This document shows positions 48,591 through 60,779 of a stretch of DNA of 64,000 bases, piece after piece (position 1 is the first letter of the stretch; every line of letters starts with the position of its first letter). Origin of the DNA: Ostrea edulis. Its lineage: Eukaryota. The stretch is taken from assembly GCF_947568905.1 (NCBI RefSeq), contig NC_079173.1, forward strand, positions 33,852,001 to 33,916,000, read 5' to 3'. Position numbers and translations under genes: made by a program. The notes under the pieces were generated by a model. The model was not told the origin of the DNA. It did not search any database and saw nothing but the letters and a program-made list of their open reading frames with translations.

Positions 48591-50319
48591 TCTTAACACC
48601 TGTTGTATTATCTCATCAGTCTTAGTTTACAGGTTCCCCTACCTTTAAATGTCTTCATGCAAATTTAAAGTACAAATGTGAAGCTTTCATAGATGTTGTA
48701 GATTAAATATAATCATAATGCTGTTGACTCTGATGTGTTTTGCATAATAAACATGTTATAAGAAAATGTGTTTAGTTCCTACCAACTTTCTAAGCACATG
48801 TGTTACATGTAGTTTATTATTATTTTTTATTTTAAAACACTCTAAACGTTTAGATCAACTACTATTCATATTACATGTATGCAATACTACTTGCTGTGAA
48901 TTTCATTATTTCAAATTGAATAACTAATATGACCTTGAAATTTTAAAAGTTCTGCTGATTTTACATTTCCTATCTCTCTCTGATTCCGCTATCTCGATCT
49001 GTCTGAGAGCTGTCTGATTTCGCTATCTCTCTCTTGGGGGGTTTTATGAATGACATTACCATATGTCTACACAGACCAAACAATGACCTACTTTGATATG
49101 AAAGATGTGCTTTCCAGGTCAACTATCATGAGGCCCAGCCATGGGAACTCATGAAAATATTCTATAACTATTAAATAATAATCCCCGAGTTGTTGCAATA
49201 AAATAATGCTCTTGTTGACAGAAGACTTTAGAATTTATGTGATTTATCATAATTACATGAAGACTAGATCTACATTAAAAAAAGATGCATAAGCAGCCTT
49301 GAATTCAGACTAGTAGAATTTCAGTTTATCTAGACTAAAAATATGGGGTTTTATGAATTTTTCTTTATTTCGAAATCTATTTGAAATGAAATATATACAT
49401 GTAGTTGATGGTTTTTTTGCTGAATTTTCAAATCTTCACTTTAAATATCATGAACAATTGAATATGGAATTTTTTTTTTTTTTGAAATAGTTTCCAATGT
49501 CAACCATGCCATTATGAAAATTCATTAAACACATCTTATACTTTCACCCAAAATTAATTTCTTTCATGTATCCTCAATTTCTCCTTGATCTAGACTATTG
49601 AACACATATTGAAAGGGGGTCTTTTCTCTCCGTCCTCTCACCCTTTATAGTCTGATAGCCCCCTTAACTTTCCTCTCTACCTCCCAACCCTCTCCCTTAA
49701 CTTGTCTTTTCAGTTTTCGGGGACTAATCTCGACTAAATTCACTATCAAAATTTGGCATATATATTTCTCCTAGAAAAAAGTTCTACCAAATTCCTTTTC
49801 CTTATCAATGAGTGAAATAGTCCCAATCAGGCTTAAAAAGAGGTAGAGACAATGTTTTTATAGGTCTTTTCAATGACACTTCCTTTATTTTGCTCCAGAT
49901 GCAAGATTTTTGTTAAAAGCAATTTCTGAAAATCCATATGGGTGAAATAAAAATTCTAAAATATTTTATTTTACCTGAGACTTTGACCCCCTGAACCTAC
50001 TAGCAGGGTACCTGACAGTCCAAGAATTCAAACTTATTTTTCCTAATTCCTCAGAATGGGTAGTTTTCCTAAAACCTGGATCAGTCCCTGCCTTTGTTAA
50101 TACTGTATGATGTACATCATATTACTTATTTAGAAGTATAATATGATGTACATCTGATACAGACCAGGAAGGCCCTGTGATATGCGTACAGACTTTCAAT
50201 ATCAAACCTATCTGTGGTTAATGTAAGGTTAAATGTAACTGTAAACACTGTAACAGAGATTGTCGTGTAACCCATGAAAATTTACCATGAAAAAATTAAT
50301 ATTTCTCCCTGTTTGTTGT

Positions 50320-50565
50320 ATGTCATATTGCATGTAGATGTTGGTCGTTGGACAGAGAGGCGCTTGCCACCTGATCTCCGGCTAGGATCTATATGAAATA
50401 CCAGATTGCATGAATCTTAAATATTGCTGCATGTTGTTTTATTATTTTAATGTTGATGTATATGTTTTATATTCGGTAAAAAGCTCTATAGAGCTTATGT
50501 TATTTGTGTTTTATACATGCCGAATTGAAATAAAGTTTTCTTATCTTATATCTTATCTTATTACC
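50320..50565 (+). mobile_element. Probable 3' remnant of a LINE (short repeated tail)
   Basis: AATAAA followed by (TCTTA)-type repeats at 50530-50565; no coding sequence recognised. Confidence 0.4.
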
Positions 50566-50660
50566 CTTGGTGAACCTCATTGTTCATGATTCAGTTGTAT
50601 GTTCACTTTGCGACCTATATACTTTTTTATAAAACAAGTACTTGCTGAAATAACACCTAC

Positions 50661-50780
50661 CTCTGGAGTTTGAGCATCCCAATTTACAGTATCTTCACCC
50701 CCATTAAACTGCCAACATCCTAGGCAAATTCGTGAGACTTTTAAATCGGTCCCTGGTAAAGTGATGCGTGTAGCAGCCAT
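50661..50780 (-). CDS. AKR exon 1 (MAATRITLPGTDLKVSRICLGCWQFNGGEDTVNWDAQTPE)
   Basis: ATG at 50780; AKR N-terminal L.VS.I.LG.W motif; donor CCAGAG|gtaggt. Confidence 0.92.
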
Positions 50781-51184
50781 GTCGAACTCAAAGTGAAAGT
50801 AAAACCGGAAGGGGTGGGTGTAAATGTAGTCCGGGACATATGTCCCGCGATGTCCGATATTGATGTTTGCCGATTTATCGTTATACATTAGTTTTTCTTC
50901 AATTATCTTACTGAATGTACTTTAAGACGATCACCAAGAGTCTTCATTGTGAATTTGGTGTGTGGAAATTGCCTAATTATTTAATAAATGGCTTTTATTT
51001 TTTCTTCAGGGTGTAAAGGTAGTCCCGAAGATTTTACGAAGAAAACACATTTCCGGTTTTTGTTTTTGCCTTGTTAATAATTGAAGTAAAACCTTTTCTG
51101 TGTTTTATGTTGCTTTTGCTCTTGTTTAGATATTGTTTGATATCATGATAAAAAGATTTACGAAATATTCAGCATGTTATATGA

Positions 51185-53162
51185 GACCAAAAAAAAATAA
51201 TATGTTTGTTTCAGGTCGCCTCCGATTTCAAAAAAGGGTCGGTAGGTAGGCTTTTTTTTTTTTTTTCAATGTATTTTTTTTTTTTTCAAATAAATATGTG
51301 CCTTCAATGAAAATTTGATAGTTAAAGTAGTTTAATGGATAAAAAATTGGTTCAGAGCACAATGTTTAATTGACAATATGCACAATATATGATTGAGTTT
51401 TGATATACATTTACAATAAATGTCTTAGCATATTAAAATTGTAAGACATCATATATGGAGCAGAAACCGTACGCATTTTTAAAGGTGGTACATATTATGA
51501 TAAATAGTTTATTATTCATAAACATTGTCATTTGTTTGTAATCAATGTGTCAGCTACTTCTACCCAAAACACAATATTCAACCACATACACAATACATTT
51601 GACAAAACACATTGTATAGTATATAGTTCATACAATGTTTATTAGGCTAAAGACTACCCTTGCACTTGGTTTGAGTGACTTTGTACATGTACATATTCTC
51701 GTGGAAGTCCTATACTTCCACCAAATAGTTCTTTATGATTACTTACATGCTTTGACATACTACAAGTAATATATAAACATAGTTTAGGCGTTCAATTAAT
51801 TTCGTTTTTGAATAAATAATTCGTGGCTTTGAACACTCTGTACAAGTTACCAGTGAAGGGATTTTTTTACCCCTTGAATCCAGGGGCCAGGGCCTTCAAG
51901 TTTGGGAAAAATAGCAATATTTGATTGAAATTGGGAAAGTTTTATACAAATGAATAAGAAAAACAAGCAAAAAGTTAACCATTTGATATTTTATTATCAA
52001 TGTGGCTGGCTTAAACAAGCTTTCATTTCCGGTCTTTAGCAAAGAAAAAACTGTCACAAATGTTTTGCAACAGAGTGACACTGAGGTTGGATGGCCCCTC
52101 GTGGTATATTCTCATCAAACCATCCAATTTGGGAATTTTTTGGCATCATTTTAGGAAAAACATCTACTTTTCAGCATTGTCCATGATTAGGAATGGGGCC
52201 AAATTTCGGCACTCTACCAGGGATTTATCAGCCTATTTTGGGAAACGCCATTTTTTCATTATTGGGAAAATTTAATCGACAACTTGCTGAAATTGGGAAA
52301 ATATATTAAATTCCAAAATAACCTTTAATTTTCACAGAAACACAACACAGTGTTAACATGGTCAGACCGCATCAGCAAATTCTAATAATACTGTCCAAAG
52401 ATATGTGTTTACAAGTCTATTAAAATGCATGGAGTGCAAATAATACTCATTGAGGAAAAGCCTCTCACTACAGAGGCAGTAGAGACATGAACAATGCAAA
52501 GAAGTTCCAGGAAACAGAATGCACGATTTTCGATTTAAAAACAACACAATTTTTTAAAAATTTTATTTTTGGGAAGTTTTACCCGCAAATTGGGAAAATT
52601 TGAGCCTACTTTCGATTGGGAATGGGGCCGAATATCGGCCCCTGAGAAGGTACTGATAAATCCTTGTCTACAGACCCTAAAAAATCCCCGCAGTGCACGG
52701 GCGTTTTGGGTTGAAAAGAGTGAAGGATCATTAAATTTTCTTCATATGTCGCAGGAACTGCTACTGGATCCAAGTGTGAGATAAAGAATAAAAATGTTCG
52801 ACTACGAACGGGGTCTCGTTTGGTGCAAGCCCTCACTTCACGTCCGCACGACTGTCCACCTTAAAATCTGCGCCTTGAATAGGTCGCTTAATATCGATTT
52901 GTGCAAGACAGTTGTCATAATATAATTGGGGTTCTGATACTGGCATTTAGGTAACTTTATTGCCGACACCGAAGCAGCTTCTAATAGACGTGCCGCCATT
53001 GTTGTCGTCGGTATTGTTAACTCGTACCAAAATGATTTCGGGTAATAGTTCGTACATCGATAAATTGAAATCGGAAAATTGAGAAAAAAAAAAATATAGG
53101 GTCGGTGGATATATTTAGGGTCGGTCGGGCGACCGGAAACAAACATATTTTTTATTTTGGCC
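51185..53162. mobile_element. PIF/Harbinger-like non-autonomous element nested in the MULE
   Basis: TGA|G(A)CCAAAA…ATATGTTTGTTTC.GGTCGCC pairs with the reverse complement ending GGCC|TGA; 3-bp TSD TGA. Confidence 0.7.
52218..52666. mobile_element. CAGGG-ended MITE with 5-bp TSD nested in the Harbinger-like element
   Basis: TCTAC|CAGGGATTTATCAG … CTGATAAATCCTTG|TCTAC. Confidence 0.7.
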
Positions 53163-53659
53163 TGAATGCTCGTCCTTCTTTTTATGGGACATCGCTTCGG
53201 TGGTTGACTCGACACGAAGAGTGTAAAATTAAAACCGGAATAAGGTGACAGTTTCAACCCGTATTATGAATAGCTATACAAGTGATTTTAAGTGTAATAT
53301 ATTTAGTAAGGAAAATTAATTACAACTGATATAAAGTACCATAAATAATAAGATTTGGTATCAATATATTTTGTTATGTTATTCCTACAGTCACTTATTT
53401 TTTAATTGTTAAATTATAACTGAATAGTGCTATAGATTATGCCGGGTTTAAATTTGTTATTTTAAATTTACAATCATGACATTCTGTGATATTTTATACC
53501 TGAATAGAAATACATGTAAATATATAAAAACTGCCCTCTCTATGGAATATCTACAGTTAATGTAGGTGTTGCAGTTTGTAATGAACAGGGACGGATCCAG
53601 GAATTGTGGCTACGGGGGGGGGGGGGGGGGGGGCACTTTATGAGGCAGGGGATCTGGAT

Positions 53660-53806
53660 TTTATAGGACTTGATTGCAATCTACCTGACATCTTTGACAA
53701 TATGACATCATGCGACATCTGTGAAAGGTTGTACCACAATCGTTGCGTGAATTTTCAAGGCGATTATTCACAAAGCTTCTCATGGTGTTGCGGATGTTGT
53801 TCTTAG
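53660..53806 (+). pseudogene. PHD-finger-like coding remnant inside the MULE
   Basis: DCNLPDIFDNMTSCDICERLYHNRCV…FSWCCGCC* fits C-x2-C-x4-H-x2-C…W-x-C-x2-C. Confidence 0.55.
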
Positions 53807-54933
53807 TGCTTATACATGTAGCATTAGCAGTAGACCTACTGTAGTATTTATTTTTAGTGTGTATGATAGTGCTAAAGAAATTTTAAATTAAAACAGGCAG
53901 AACATAAATAATTTCATTCTAAAATACAAATTTTTTTCCACTTTTAATGATCAAAATTTTCTTGCTTTTTCAAATTTTAAGATGCTTTAAATTACAAAAT
54001 TAACATCTCACTGGTTTGTTTATAAACATAAGAAAACTCTTTAATTACATTGCCGAAATTAAAAATCTAGATATTTCATTTTGAAAATAAAATACAAGAA
54101 AAAAGTAAATATATGATTCGGTGCAGATTTAGCAAACTATCAAATAAATAATATATATATTTCATTTTTAAAATAAAGTATCAGAAAAAAGTAAATATAA
54201 GATTCCGTGCAGATTTAGCAAAATATCAAATTAATAAAACTATGACTCTTTAGAGGGGTGGCCTCCACGTGGCAAGAGCTGGGCATACTTTACATGTTTA
54301 ATTAACTTACGGCTGACAACCCCAATATCAATTTTATTGATCTTTCCACGATATTGTATATGAATTACAATTACATTGAATTTAATCGTCTAACATTGCT
54401 TTTGGATAGTAATAATAATAATAATAATAATAAATTAGTCTTTAGATGAACTCGGATTTAATGTTTTCATATCAGTCCGATTCTCTCATTAGTATCTCAT
54501 TTAACTGCGATGTCCCGAGAAAAAAAGGATATAAAAACCCGTTAAATGTATTGATTAGTGAGATTATTTCAAATAACCAGATAAAATAGCCTATTATGAT
54601 TATCAATTGGACACAATATTTAAAGATTATAAGTGCTTTGTACTTAAACAAGGCAAAAACAAAAACCGGAAATGCATTTTCTTCGTAAAATCTTCGGGAC
54701 TACCTTTACACCCTGAAGAAAAAATAAAAGCCATTTATTAAATAATTAGGCAATTTCCATACACCAAATTCACAATGAAGACTCTTGGTGATCGTCTTAA
54801 AACACATTCAGTAAGATAATTGAAGAAAAACTAACGTATAACGATAAATCGGCAAACATCAATATCGGACATCGCGGGACATATGTCCCGGGACATATGT
54901 CCCGGACTACATTTACACCCACCCAACCGGAAG

Positions 54934-55280
54934 CCGACGTAAATGTTAACTCAATCCAAACGTATTCTCCGGAATAGGCCGAGTGATGTTCCGATTGTCC
55001 AAACCTTGCTTATATTATGGGACTTTCCTTATGAGGTAGGCTCTCCAATTTTTGTGAGGTGTAAATTCAAGTACTGTGTTTGAAATTTTGTGAGTAAAAA
55101 ACACGAAAGAAGGATTTAAATATTTTTTTGAATTGGGTGATTTGGCTTTTGACCAGCTGATTTTGCACGTGCTTGACTTCGATGTAAACAAACTCACGCC
55201 TTGCTGGATGGGTATGTATTTTTGATGTGAAAGTAAAACTTCTGAGACGTTTACTTTAAGGAAGCAGGGTCGGTTCAAAG
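54934..55280. promoter_or_regulatory. Probable displaced native upstream/promoter region of the AKR gene, possibly bidirectional
   Basis: Contiguous with the AKR 5' flank once the MULE is removed. CpG-richer, with a second CCGGAA and GCACGTGC; plus-strand donor-like sites ATGG|gtatgt (55211) and AAAG|gtgagt (55280). Confidence 0.4.
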
Positions 55281-55556
55281 GTGAGTAATTTTGGTAAGAA
55301 CATATAAGCAGAATTAATAGAGCGGTGCAATCAATATAACACTCCTCGATTCGCTCCCTCCCCCTTTTTATCGTCGCTACACGAGCTGGAGGAGCAATAA
55401 AAAAGAAAAAGAGGTGCAGATCGAGGAGCTGATTTTAATCAGATTGCTATATACAATGGCATGAGAAGAAGAGGTCCATGGGCCACAATGCTCACCTGAG
55501 TAACATTGTCAGATCCTCAGTTTCATATAAGAGTCCCACAGACACCCCACGTTTTC

Positions 55557-56083
55557 GGTGGGCGGTAAATCTAGTACTGCCGACTCCCGATGGTCCCGGA
55601 TTGCGATGTTTTATAGATAATATTAAAACCGGCGAACAGAATTACTTCATTCTTTTCGGGAACAATCTTTATGTCCAAATTGATTCACACAATTAAAAAA
55701 AACCAAACCAAAATGATAAGTAGAAATTCTTAAACTTGAAATGTCACCTACTCAAAAGCGGTAAATCTAGTACTGTGTTATAAATACAAAAACCGAAAAC
55801 GGACACTTTTCATTCAATACATAAATTTTATAAAGATACTTTTAAAAAAAACTTTTTAAAAAAACCGATGTTGAATAAATCTTTATGTTTAACTGGAAGT
55901 ATTTCTTCTTTTTCATAGTTTTAATGATTCCAAAATATACATGTAGGCCTATATAGTGTACTGCCGACTCCCGACTCCCGATGGTCCTGGTTTGCGATCG
56001 ATGATTTATAGATAATATCAAAACCGAAGAACAGAACAACTTCATTCTTATCGGGAACAATCTTTATGTCCAAATTGATCCAC

Positions 56084-56151
<68 letters not shown>

Positions 56152-57371
56152 TTAAACTTGAAATGTCGCCTACTCTAAAGTGGTCATTTATAACCAATTT
56201 TCCACTTCGGATGAAAGTGAAAACCTTTACATAGCAAATTAGTTTAATTACCATCTAATGCACGGCAAGCCACATTGCCTTTAAATTTTGAACGAAAAAA
56301 GTCTAGGTGTAAATTAAAATTTCCGGGGGGTGGGGGTGGGGGTGTTAATGGGGGCAAATCAATAAAAAAAAAAAAAGACATTTCGAAATTCCAAGTGGGT
56401 GTTCTATTATTTAAGACAAAATCCATTAACAATTTTTGTTGTTGAATATTATATATTTGAATTTAAAATCATATATTTTTAGTATATTTTCTAAAATCGG
56501 GTTTGAATTTTCTTTCTTCTAATAAGAAATTTGAAGGACCAATTTTACATGTATACAAAAAGAAATCAATTTATCTTGATTTTCTAATGATTAAAATTTA
56601 CACATATTAAAGCTCAGAATTTGTTATACATAACTGTTAATTAAATAATCAAAACATTGTTAAAAATTATATATCAACAAAACCACATACATTTTGAATA
56701 TTTTCTGTTATTATAAAAAAAAAAATTAAATACCGTATCTTTTATTTTTATTCTTAAATAGAATTATTTTTTGCGATAAATAAACGTATGCACATTGAAC
56801 CAAAACAGAACACATTATGATTTAGTACGTTTGACTAAAAAACCATAACAAATCGGGCTATATGTAAAATGGAATATTTCTTCAAGTAATAAATGTGTAA
56901 TTAAAATTCATCAAATTAAATTTAATTTGTAATGAAGGCTTTCCGGTAGGACTACATCCACGTCGTAGAATCGGGGAATTTAAAACACATAGTTCATGTG
57001 GCTAAGAGTTCTGTCATAATTTAGAAACACAAAGAATGCCTAATAATGGTAAATTTTATTAATTTTTAAAAGTAATTTGTTTCCATTTTAATGGTATATT
57101 TTTCTTTGGAGCACATTGTGTTATGAGCTATGTTTGTTAACCGTACCTGTATCGGTGTCCGTTTTCGGTTTTTGTATTTATAACACAGTACTAGATTTAC
57201 CGCTTTTGAGTAGGCGACATTTTAAGTTTAAGAATTTCTACTTATTATTATTGGTTTTTTTTAATTGTGTGAATCAATTTGGACATAAAGGTTCGCCGGT
57301 TTTAATATTATCTTTAAAACATCGCAATCCGGGACCGTCGGGAGTCGGCAGTTCTAGATTTACCGCCCACC
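55557..57371. mobile_element. 1.8-kb Mutator-like non-autonomous element
   Basis: TIRs of about 250 bp beginning GGTGGGCGGTAAATCTAG; perfect 9-bp TSD CACGTTTTC at 55548-56 and 57372-80; internal partial duplication of the TIR and a (TA)n tract at about 56090-56148. Confidence 0.88.
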
Positions 57372-57552
57372 CACGTTTTCTATAAAAATGTAGTATATCT
57401 ACCGGACAGAGTCCCACTGAATTCCAACCCAGGTGCGTATTGGCTCTCAGTTTTCAGTGTAATTCCAAAATAACAAGCAAGAAACACAGTTTATAATTTA
57501 TTAAATGAAAACATGCATTTAGAAGTTTTTCTAACTAAACATAATTCCTAGA

Positions 57553-57801
57553 TAGATTGATTGATTGTTTGTTGTTTTCCGTCCAACTCAACAATTTTTC
57601 AGTTATCTGGTGGTGCCCAGTTTTTATTGGTGAAAGAGAGAACCCAGATACAATGTACCTGGGAAGAGACCAACGACCTTCCGAAAGTAAACTTGGAACT
57701 TTCTTACTTTCGCGCGAACGGGGTTCGAACCCGCGCCGACCAGAGGTGAGAGGCTGTGTGATTTTGAGCGCGATGCTCTAACTACTCGGCCACGGAGGCC
57801 C
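57553..57801 (-). mobile_element. tRNA-derived SINE (a different family from the copies above)
   Basis: Minus strand starts GGGCCTCCGTGGCCGAGTAGTTAG (A box) … GGGTTCGAACCC (B box) and ends in (CAAT)n. Confidence 0.8.
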
Positions 57802-58347
57802 TTTAATCCCTAGAAGTAGTGTATTTAACAGAAATGAATGAAGAAAAAATAATACCTTGAAATGGCCAAGAAGGGAAAGCTCGATCCACAGACCAACAAA
57901 GAAAGGGCCCTGAGTTTTAGTAAATGGTCGAATTCATATAAAACAACCCGGAAAAATATTCAGTTTACTACATTTCCCTCATCATAAGATCAATTATAAT
58001 GATTTGTTATTTATATATAAACAAACATGATAAAATATCGTATACACATGATTACATTTTATATCACAAAATATAAAGTTCATGAATCACAATGTTCCAA
58101 TTCATATTGTCCAACTAAATTTAATACTGTCTTTACACAATATCACAAAAATTCATACAGCGTTCAGATTAGAATTTCCAAAAAATGTAACCACTGTCTT
58201 CCCTAGATATTCACAATACATCCACCATTTCTCATGTTACGGTGCTCTGTAGGTACATTGGATTTACTTGAATTTCCTTCAAAAGTCGTCTTCTTCCTGT
58301 TCATTACGTCGTTGTGGAGTAAGTTCAGGAATGAGTATGGCCTTCGG

Positions 58348-58398
<51 letters not shown>
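58348..58398. repeat. (TA)n microsatellite
   Basis: About 25 TA units. Confidence 0.95.
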
Positions 58399-58401
<3 letters not shown>

Positions 58402-58849
58402 GTTGATTTTCCCCCAAAATGACTGTAAACTAGCAATGATGGCATCTCTATCTAGTTTTATAGGGCGATCGTGGATATTAGCTACTGGAACGGAGACTGT
58501 TTTATTTTCTGGTTTTACTATTGATTTAATTGTTCATTTTGTGGTGCTTTTGATGGTTCTAGAAAACCTTTGCCATCCCGGTATTCACTGTCAATATAAC
58601 CTGGAATAAACATTTCAGAGTTAGGAGATACATGTACGGAAACATACTCAGACACTCTAACTCTGGCACACGAATATATAAAGAATGGAAATAATATTGT
58701 ATGTTATTGACAATATGATGCATATTCTGTAACCATAAGACAGCTGTGGCGTTCCATAAATAAACACGGCTCTTATGGGCATAGATGGACAGAATCCTTG
58801 CCTATCTTGAGTTTACGACTTTTTGTTATCAGGACTGCAGACTTCTGAC

Positions 58850-59085
58850 TTAAAAAATCCATTCCCAAGATACCCTTGAGTCGACCATCAAGTCTACCAA
58901 CGACCATTTGATGATTGTACCCTGTTAGATACAGAAGTCAGATTTTCCTAAAACAACTAGTTCAGTTTCCCCGGCCGAGGTCAGCGTAATTTCAACACTT
59001 CGTAGCTAGGGTTTCCTGACTCCTAACTGATTGAAACATTTCTCAGATATCAAAGTGATGGGAGATCCTGTATCAACTACTAAAC
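58850..59085 (-). mobile_element. Degraded LTR-retrotransposon aspartic protease fragment
   Basis: LVVDTGSPITLISEKCFNQLG motif followed by stops. Confidence 0.6.
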
Positions 59086-60779
59086 TGCATTGTAGCGCAC
59101 CGTGCGAGATGATGCCTTTATTTATTTTGAGTACATATACACCACAAACAACACGTGATATAAAGCAATCATAAGCATTGTTTGACAAAACACACACTCG
59201 TGATACTTATATCATTCCAAAATACTATAAATGTGCTTCCCTCGCCGCCCAGGAAAAACCATAGATAACAAGAGCAACGCCAACGTGGCATAATACGCCC
59301 GTAGATTTTGCTCAAGGAAAACATATTTTAGTGGGATTCATATTTTAGTGAAGTTAGCACTGTCCTATGTGAGCTAATTCATTATTATGCTTGTAGAAGT
59401 GGATAGGGTTAGGGTCTTTATTGTTATGATGGAGAACATGCATCATCTGGGATAGTCAAGGCTGTGAACTGTATGATCAAATCTGAAATAGAACTTCTAA
59501 CTGCTCAATTGAATTTAGGTGTCCCATACAGAAATAAAACACTTACACAAAACAGTCTTCATTAGTGAAAAATATTTCATAACAAATCAACATTCATAGC
59601 CAAGTAGGCTTCTATACATTTTCATCGAGGCAGGTGTTTATCATCACATGACTGTCGAGGCAGGTGTTTATCATCACATGACTGTCAAGTGAAAGTTTTT
59701 TTTAGAAACAATGAAAATGATTGTAATAATCGCAGAAGTGGAACAATATCGGTTATGTTTAGGTCAATCCTTTTCATATTGAAAAGAAGTCTTAGAAGCA
59801 AGTTCTCCGATAAAAGGGAGTTTGAAATGCATCTAATGCAGCATACTTTTTAATTTTCGAGAGTACACAAAAATTATGAGATGTGGGAAGGGGTTTCTTT
59901 TTTGTCAGAAATAACTCACAGCACTTATCTGATATATCAAAGTAACAAAATATACATTTTTTATATAAAGCCTTAACTTATGGTTTACCATCCTCTTTAA
60001 TGAGGCCTATATTTTATTGACTATTATCCTGTTGAAATGGGAAGAAAAAGACAAATAAGACATTCACATGTGTAAACGAGTGACAACTAATTGGTGCAAT
60101 AATACATTTACTACAAAATGACAAGCTGAATGAATATACAAACATTTTATAGTACTGCAAAAAATCTTAAGGGTGCAAACTGGATTTTCTTTAAAAATAT
60201 ATGGTCTAAAAATGCACTAAGTTTCAAAAATTTAAACACTACTTTTGCACAGTTCTTATGAATACAGTTATTATCCAGAAGAGTCTTGCATCCTTAAGAC
60301 TAAAGCAAGCATGATCTTTTAGCCAGACTCATTGCTACCACACAATGAATATGCATAGGAAGTATATGAATGGTAATAATTCTTACAAATGACTGATATT
60401 AATGATGTGATCACATATATAAAAGTGTATGTTACAAAGCAACATCTATTAAGCTGATGAAAGAAAGGAAAAGCTTTTTCAGACAGTTCACTACAGCTAC
60501 AATAGCAATGGCTGTTTCTAGTGCCACCACGGAGAGGATCCTCATTACACACTTGTAGCCGTAAAATGTATAATGAAGACAGATCATGCAGAATGATACT
60601 CCATACAATTTGATTTCATGTGTTTATTTCAGTAATTAGTTTCAGTTTGAAATGGTAAAAAATATTGAACATAACTATTTTTGTAGAGGCAGATCACCAG
60701 TTTTTTTGCAGGAGAATTTCAAATTATATAGAAATATCTCTTCAATAAAGTATAACTTGGATGTTCACAAGCTATACTT

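Larger units (their letters stand above)
26923..50780 (-). other. Aldo-keto reductase gene span: 8 coding exons, 338 aa
   Basis: join(50780..50661, 41813..41751, 38608..38423, 36781..36623, 32722..32544, 32335..32284, 29193..29032, 27018..26923). All introns are GT-AG and phases are consistent (0,0,0,0,2,0,0). Catalytic tetrad: D (FDTAE), Y (GY), K (IATK), H (LLQVH). Confidence 0.93.
50812..54924. mobile_element. 4.1-kb Mutator-like (MULE) non-autonomous element
   Basis: TIRs of about 265 bp (50812 to about 51075; about 54646 to 54924) beginning GGGTGGGTGTAAATGTAG; perfect 9-bp TSD AACCGGAAG at 50803-11 and 54925-33. Confidence 0.9.

Noticed and set aside
47271-48599. His/Thr-rich ORFs up to 356 aa
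   Set aside because: Translations of the 17-bp minisatellite.
57700-57801. tRNA gene
   Set aside because: A and B boxes are present, but no cloverleaf 3' stem or T-run terminator; it continues into a SINE body with a (CAAT)n tail.
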